Source: Sulfurimonadaceae bacterium (GTDB lineage: Bacteria > Campylobacterota > Campylobacteria > Campylobacterales > Sulfurimonadaceae). Taken from it: a DNA stretch of 44,797 bases. This document shows positions 39,383 through 44,797 of this stretch, one piece after another; positions within the stretch are counted from its first letter, which is position 1, and each line of letters starts with the position of its first letter. Below the pieces are notes generated by a model that ran no database searches, was not told the DNA's origin, and saw nothing but the letters and a program-made list of their open reading frames with translations. Position numbers and translations under genes: made by a program. Location: the NCBI GenBank assembly GCA_041548245.1, contig JBFESZ010000003.1:1-44797 (forward strand), in the 5' to 3' direction.

Positions 39383-39736
39383 ATGAAAATCGACTTTGTT
39401 AAGGTCGGTTCAGAGGCCATTCCTTTTGAAATTTCAAAAGAGAAGCTAAATTTTTGTGGAACATTGAAGAAATTCAGTCGTTCTTTGATAGAATTAGAGG
39501 CTAAAATTACAGGAGAGGTATTAATCCCCTGTGATATTTGCGCTGAAGAGTTCATAAATACTCTTGATGAGAGCGTAAAATTCTATCTTTCAGATGGGAT
39601 TTACAAAGACAATAACGAACATGAATATGACGTTGTTGAGACAGAGAATTCAAAGATTGATCTAGATGAGATATTAGATTCTGAAATTGAACTGTATAAA
39701 AGCAGCTATTTTTGTTGCGAAAATTGTCAAAACTAA
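39383..39736 (+). CDS. yceD: YceD/DUF177-family protein
   Basis: CDIC and CCENC Cys motifs, IDLDE; conserved position upstream of rpmF. Confidence 0.75.
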   Translation: MKIDFVKVGSEAIPFEISKEKLNFCGTLKKFSRSLIELEAKITGEVLIPCDICAEEFINTLDESVKFYLSDGIYKDNNEHEYDVVETENSKIDLDEILDSEIELYKSSYFCCENCQN

Positions 39737-39755
39737 ATTATAAGGAGAAAACAGC

Positions 39756-39905
39756 ATGGCAGTACCTAAGAGAAGAGTCTCTAAGACTCGTGGCGCAAAG
39801 CGTCGTACACACTACAAAGTTGCATTGGCTCGTCCAGTTAAAGATAAAGATGGAACGTGGAAACTACCACACCATGTTAACCCTACGACAGGTGAGTATA
39901 AATAG
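39756..39905 (+). CDS. rpmF: 50S ribosomal protein L32 (49 aa; absent from ORF track)
   Basis: [49 protein letters not shown] with AAGGAG RBS. Confidence 0.96.
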   Translation: MAVPKRRVSKTRGAKRRTHYKVALARPVKDKDGTWKLPHHVNPTTGEYK

Positions 39906-39908
39906 TTA

Positions 39909-40904
39909 ATGGTAAAAATTGCTATTGATGCAATGGGTGGGGACTTCGGTCCTGAACCAATTGTTAAAGGGACGATTGAAGCACTTAAAGAGAAGAAGTT
40001 TGAAGCTATTCTTGTTGGAAACAAAGATGAGATTTTATCTTTATTACCTAAAGGCTATAAAGATAAGGTTTCTATTGTAGAGGCATCTGACGTTATCAGC
40101 ATGAGTGATGCGGCGACAGATGCGCTTAAGCGTAAAGAGAGTTCTGTATATAAGGCAGTTGAGCTTGTACGTAACAATGAAGCAGACGGTATTGTATCAG
40201 CTGGACACAGTGGTGCAACGATGACCGTAGCAACGATGCGTTTGGGGCGTCTTAAAGGTGTTTCAAGACCTGCACTAGTAACATTAATGCCGGCAAAATC
40301 GGATACACGTACCGTACTTTTAGATGTCGGGGCAAATGTGGACTGCAAGCCAGAACATTTGCGCGAGTTCGCTGTAATGGGTGATTATTATGCTCGCGAC
40401 ATGCTTCGTATTTCCCAGCCGAGTATTGGTCTTCTTGCCAACGGTGAAGAGGAGAGCAAAGGCAATGAAGTGACCAAACAAGCCTTTAAACTTTTGAAAG
40501 ACTATGAAGGTTTTAAAGGGAATGTTGAAGGTGGTGATATTTTCAACGGATCAACAGATGTAGTGGTGTGTGACGGCTTCATCGGTAACTTGGTATTGAA
40601 GACCTCAGAAGGCGTTGCGAGTACAATATCGTTTTTTATTAAAGATTATATTCGAAAATCGCCGATTGCAATCACCGGGGCACTCTTGATGAAACGAGTG
40701 TTCAAACTTCTAAAAAAAGAGATTGACTATGCTGAGATCGGTGGTGCTCCTCTAATTGGTATTAAAGGGTGTGCTATTGTTTCGCACGGAAAATCAAATC
40801 CTAAAGCAATAAAAAATGCAATCTTTCAAGCGATAAGATATGTCGATACGGGTGTTAACGAACATATCGAAGCACGTTTGGAAGAATTGAAAAAAAAGGA
40901 CTAA
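39909..40904 (+). CDS. plsX: Phosphate acyltransferase PlsX
   Basis: [41 protein letters not shown]. Confidence 0.96.
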   Translation: MVKIAIDAMGGDFGPEPIVKGTIEALKEKKFEAILVGNKDEILSLLPKGYKDKVSIVEASDVISMSDAATDALKRKESSVYKAVELVRNNEADGIVSAGHSGATMTVATMRLGRLKGVSRPALVTLMPAKSDTRTVLLDVGANVDCKPEHLREFAVMGDYYARDMLRISQPSIGLLANGEEESKGNEVTKQAFKLLKDYEGFKGNVEGGDIFNGSTDVVVCDGFIGNLVLKTSEGVASTISFFIKDYIRKSPIAITGALLMKRVFKLLKKEIDYAEIGGAPLIGIKGCAIVSHGKSNPKAIKNAIFQAIRYVDTGVNEHIEARLEELKKKD

Positions 40905-40905
40905 A

Positions 40906-41895
40906 ATGTATGCAGCTTTCCGCTCAATAGGTGCTTACGTACCGGAGAAAGTGTTGACCAATGACGACCTCGCACAGATGGTCGATACAACAGATGAGTG
41001 GATCACAAAGCGTACAGGTATCAAAGAACGTCGTATTGCTGCAAAAGATGAGACAACATCCGATATGGCTGTTAAGGCTGCTGAAAAAGCAATAGAGCGT
41101 TCTGGCCTTAAAAAATCTGATATTGATATGATTGTCGTTGCAACGATCTCTCCTGATTATTTCAATATGCCTTCTACAGCCACTGTTGTTGCTCATAAGA
41201 TGGGGCTTGACAAAGTGACGGCCTTTGATATCTCTGCAGCATGTACAGGTTTTATCTACGTACTTTCTATTGCTAAAGCCTTTATTGAATCGGGGATGAA
41301 AAAGAATGTTCTGATTATAGGTGCAGAAAAAATGTCGGCTATTACCGACTACAATGATCGCGGAACATGTATCCTTTTTGGTGATGGGGCCGGTGCAGCG
41401 ATTATCTCCGCAACAGAAGAGAAAGAAGATGCGATTATTGATCTTCATACAGCTTCTGATGGAAGTCTGGGTGATTTTTTAATGACGCCAGCGGGTGGAA
41501 CAGGAAACCCACATCAAGCGGAATTGAAAGCAGAAGCTTCATTTATTCAGATGAAGGGAAACGAGACGTTTAAAATTGCCGTACGTACATTGACGAACGA
41601 TGTTGTAGACATCCTTCAAAATAATGATATTGCTGCAGGTGAGATCACACACTTTATCCCGCATCAGGCTAACTATCGTATTATCAAAGCGGTAGGGGAT
41701 GCACTGAAACTTGAGGACGAGCAAGTCGTTCTGACAGTACATAAGTATGGAAACACTTCAGGTGCTTCGATACCAATGGCCATAAATGACCTTTATGAAG
41801 AAGGAAACCTCAAAGCGGGTGACTTGATGTTACTTGATGCTTTTGGAGGCGGATTGACTTGGGGTTCTGCACTTCTACCATTCGCAGGAAAGTAA
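40906..41895 (+). CDS. fabH: 3-oxoacyl-ACP synthase III
   Basis: [36 protein letters not shown]. Confidence 0.97.
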   Translation: MYAAFRSIGAYVPEKVLTNDDLAQMVDTTDEWITKRTGIKERRIAAKDETTSDMAVKAAEKAIERSGLKKSDIDMIVVATISPDYFNMPSTATVVAHKMGLDKVTAFDISAACTGFIYVLSIAKAFIESGMKKNVLIIGAEKMSAITDYNDRGTCILFGDGAGAAIISATEEKEDAIIDLHTASDGSLGDFLMTPAGGTGNPHQAELKAEASFIQMKGNETFKIAVRTLTNDVVDILQNNDIAAGEITHFIPHQANYRIIKAVGDALKLEDEQVVLTVHKYGNTSGASIPMAINDLYEEGNLKAGDLMLLDAFGGGLTWGSALLPFAGK

Positions 41896-42023
41896 TTCAA
41901 GCGTAACATAAATTTTTTATACTATTAGGATGAAACCGATTCTAAATAGAATAAAGCAGACTTTGTTTAAAAATAATACATACTTTTTTCTGTATCCATA
42001 CGAAAAAATGATAGTATGTCAGT

Positions 42024-42530
42024 ATGACAAAGGTTAAATCTTTCTTTTTTATCTTTTTTGTTTTACTGATTAACTCATCAGTGGCAAATGAGCCACTAAT
42101 CAGTAAAAAGAAAGCGCCACTCTCTGTTGCATTACCACTTTTAAAAAGCATAGATCATTATGCTATTGTCATTGGTAATGGTCCAACACACATGTATGCT
42201 TTTATTGACCCTGTTTGTCCTCGTTCACGTGAATTTGTTGAGATGATTATTGAAAATGAAAAAATGCAAAAGAGATATACGTATCATTTTTTTTATTATG
42301 AACTCAAACGTTTTCATTCGAAAGGGTTGATCGGAACGATCTATACCAATAATGATCCTTTCTCGACGATGTTAGAGGTTATGCTCAGGAAGCATGAGGT
42401 TGAGCCAATAAAAACACTTCCTCCAAAGGTTATAACTCAGATGAATAATATATCCAAAGTCGCAGAACAGTTAGATATTGATAAACGTCCCTATCTTTTT
42501 GTAGTCAAGCTGAAAAAAGGAGATGAGTAA
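42024..42530 (+). CDS. Exported thioredoxin-fold protein (DsbC/DsbG-like) with CxxS motif
   Basis: Signal peptide; IVIGNG..YAFIDPVCPRS resembles the DsbC/G F(T/S)DPxCPYC motif; KRPYLFV at the cis-Pro loop position. Confidence 0.6.
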   Translation: MTKVKSFFFIFFVLLINSSVANEPLISKKKAPLSVALPLLKSIDHYAIVIGNGPTHMYAFIDPVCPRSREFVEMIIENEKMQKRYTYHFFYYELKRFHSKGLIGTIYTNNDPFSTMLEVMLRKHEVEPIKTLPPKVITQMNNISKVAEQLDIDKRPYLFVVKLKKGDE

Positions 42531-44632
42531 TGTATTATGACACACCCTCCGTTGGAAAATATATCAGTTTTTTAACCAGTAATCGAACTTATGTTATGTT
42601 AGTAAGTGTGATTCTCGCTGTATTTTCCTTTATTTTCATTGATCCCAACCTTTTTAGTTCAGATGAACGTGTATGGCTACAAGACTCTGTAGAACTCAAA
42701 CGTACACAAAGTAAAGATCTGCAGTCGCAACATGTCACAAAAATTATTTTGCATACTTCCAGTGTTGATGCCGAGGGTATTAAAGTCTTTAAAGAACTTG
42801 AAAAGAGTCTATGTGGTATTAAAGATGTTTCGTATGTCTCTTCACTATTATCACAAAAGCACTTTTACAATGATAGACATGAGAAGGGGTCTGAGTTACT
42901 TAAGGTGATTGAGACAGATGTATTAAGCGATGAAGAACTCGCTGTTTTTATTCAAACATTCTCTAATGTATATACCAGTTTTGTGGATATTGAGAAAAAG
43001 AGATTTATATTATATATCTTTACCAAAGAGAGCTTTGATCTGGGCGAGTTAAAGAGCAGATTCAATATCGATGTTGAACAGATAAGCAGCGAGGATGACA
43101 AATGGGAGTATCTCATTTTTTCAATTCTCTCCCTCTTTGTTATTGCTATCTTGTTTAAATTAATATTCAAATCCTTTGCAGCATCCATCACGGCTGTGAG
43201 TATTGTAGGCCTGACACTGCTATTTTCTATTGCTTCTGTTCAGATATTAATGCCAGATGTGACTATTCATATAGCAATGTCTTTGATCATGGTGAGTATC
43301 TCTTTGCTTGATTATCTCTATTTTTATTATAGATGGCATGCCTCGCAATACAATTCTGACCAAACGCATGCATTAATGAAGTCTCTGGACCGAAATCTTA
43401 AACCTGCATTTTGGACAACGACGATCACGGTAGTCGGTTTGGCACCATTGCTTTTAATTGATTCCAATGTAATCAATGTGCTGTGTTTAAGTGCAATATT
43501 CGCATCGATGATCGCTTATCTGTTAAATATTACTCTACTGCCCGCAATGCTGAGCCTGTTTCATGTCAAACATCCTAAAGTCAGTTATGGGCGCTATTGT
43601 TATTATTTTGCGAATAAAGAGTTACATTATAAACGCAATTATCTATATGTCTTTGTTTTTATCTCTGTGATAGTCATTGCCTTTGTCGGATATACATTTT
43701 TAAATGACGCTAATCGGTTTATTTCAAACAACAATTCTCACAATGCGATAAGTTTTGAGGTCTTATATGAGGATCTGGACACGTCAATGATTGAAGATTT
43801 GTACAGATTGGAAAACCTGTTACAAAGAGAGTTTGAGAGTATCGAGAACATTGAGTCCTTATCAACAACAGTGGATAAGCTTTTAGATATCAAACAGTCC
43901 CATCTTCCTATAGAGGATAGCTCATTGCAAGAAGCCCTCTTCTTTATTCAGATGTATGGGCTTGATGAAAGACTGATAAAAGAACAGAGTCTGCCTATAA
44001 CAATTATGCTCAGTGCAGATTCAAAAGAAAAAGCGGATATTATTAAATGGCTAAGTACATATGATCAACTGCAGTTGTACTTTAATGATGTCGATACACT
44101 TGTTTCTATGGTAAAAATGCAAAATTCACAAGTGCTGCTTTTCACAGTTTTAACGGCGGTTTTAATCATTGCATTCTTTATGGGCTTAATCTTTAGAAAT
44201 CTTTATATGGTAATAGTCGCGTTTTTGGCAAGCACAATTCCTATGGCGTGGTTCTCTTTTGCGATGTATATGTTAAATCTTCCATTTACACTTGAAGTTT
44301 TGATCGCAATGATAATAGCCCTGGGATTGGCTTCGGATGCGACAATACATTTCGCGTATAAATATTGGAGAGCACGTTTTTATGGACGTACAAAGAAACA
44401 CAGTCTAGAGATTGTCTTCTTTTATGGAGCTGTACCTGTTATTATAGGAAGTTTAGTATTGGCAGTGACTTTTTATGGACTTTCATTTTCCAATGCGATG
44501 ACACTACAATTAATAGGACAATACTCAGCAGTATTGATTTTAATGTCATTGGCAGTAGATTTGTTTATATTGCCGATATTATTACTGGTTGTCGATAAAT
44601 ATTTACAAAAAGGCCTGAAACAAGGGGAATGA
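42530..44632 (+). CDS. MMPL/RND-superfamily 12-TM transporter
   Basis: Two repeats of TM, periplasmic domain and five TMs; SISLLDY and GLASDATIH TM4/TM10 Asp motifs; TAATG overlap with the upstream gene. Confidence 0.75.
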   Translation: MYYDTPSVGKYISFLTSNRTYVMLVSVILAVFSFIFIDPNLFSSDERVWLQDSVELKRTQSKDLQSQHVTKIILHTSSVDAEGIKVFKELEKSLCGIKDVSYVSSLLSQKHFYNDRHEKGSELLKVIETDVLSDEELAVFIQTFSNVYTSFVDIEKKRFILYIFTKESFDLGELKSRFNIDVEQISSEDDKWEYLIFSILSLFVIAILFKLIFKSFAASITAVSIVGLTLLFSIASVQILMPDVTIHIAMSLIMVSISLLDYLYFYYRWHASQYNSDQTHALMKSLDRNLKPAFWTTTITVVGLAPLLLIDSNVINVLCLSAIFASMIAYLLNITLLPAMLSLFHVKHPKVSYGRYCYYFANKELHYKRNYLYVFVFISVIVIAFVGYTFLNDANRFISNNNSHNAISFEVLYEDLDTSMIEDLYRLENLLQREFESIENIESLSTTVDKLLDIKQSHLPIEDSSLQEALFFIQMYGLDERLIKEQSLPITIMLSADSKEKADIIKWLSTYDQLQLYFNDVDTLVSMVKMQNSQVLLFTVLTAVLIIAFFMGLIFRNLYMVIVAFLASTIPMAWFSFAMYMLNLPFTLEVLIAMIIALGLASDATIHFAYKYWRARFYGRTKKHSLEIVFFYGAVPVIIGSLVLAVTFYGLSFSNAMTLQLIGQYSAVLILMSLAVDLFILPILLLVVDKYLQKGLKQGE

Positions 44633-44729
44633 GATAGAACTTGGCTGAATAAAAATAAGTCAAGCTAATAATAAGTGATAATTAAGATAAAAAAACTCGA
44701 ACAAATTACAAAATTCTTTCAAAAAACTA

Positions 44730-44768
44730 TTGACAATGGGGTGAGATTTTTCTATAATTCCCGTCCAC
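44730..44768 (+). promoter_or_regulatory. Consensus sigma70 promoter, probably of an rRNA/tRNA operon beyond the window
   Basis: TTGACA (44730-44735), 17-bp spacer, TATAAT (44753-44758), GC-rich discriminator TCCCGTCC, upstream A-tracts. Confidence 0.8.
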
Positions 44769-44797
44769 AAACGAAGAGACCTAGAGTTTAGGTCAAA

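Noticed and set aside
361-44598. Numerous 60-175 aa ORFs antisense or out of frame inside larger genes (e.g. 11501-11950, 14457-14870, 38453-38857, 40924-41448)
   Set aside because: They overlap well-supported genes and show no recognisable motifs; best explained as shadow ORFs.
1-44797. CRISPR arrays, tRNA/rRNA genes, IS elements, prophage genes, phase-variable tracts
   Set aside because: None seen; intergenic gaps are all short (under about 200 bp) and I found no regular repeats or long G/C homopolymers by eye.

Overview
A gene-dense chromosomal window from a flagellated Campylobacterota (epsilonproteobacterial) bacterium. The phylum is inferred from gene order resembling Campylobacter; a Sulfurimonadaceae-like free-living lineage is only a guess. 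In order: a minus-strand complex I operon (nuoA-B-CD-E-F-G-H-I-J-K-L-M-N, nuoN cut by the window edge) of the NuoEF-containing, NuoCD-fused type; pabB, pyrB and bioD; a Cys/Met PLP enzyme; clpS-clpA-aat; an uncharacterised DUF3015 + DUF4105(Lnb-like)/beta-barrel pair; tal and pilT; rplY-pth-lptF/G-lysA-pheA-hisC-fliFGH-dxs; ahpC; metK-fdxA-ndk-yceD-rpmF-plsX-fabH; a CxxS thioredoxin-fold + MMPL/RND pair; and a consensus promoter at the right edge, probably for an rRNA/tRNA operon. I saw no mobile elements, CRISPR arrays, tRNA genes or frameshifted genes. Best leads: (1) NuoF has a rebuilt nucleotide pocket, with Lys replacing the NADH/NADPH-discriminating Glu and all three adenine-stacking Phe lost, suggesting a natural NADPH- or other non-NADH-linked complex I; (2) the DUF3015-DUF4105 pair looks like an abundant secreted substrate plus a low-expressed outer-membrane Cys/His enzyme that seems to need a non-canonical start codon; (3) the monothiol Dsb-like + MMPL pair; (4) recurrent hairpins centred on stop codons. 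All family assignments come from motif recognition by eye, not database searches.
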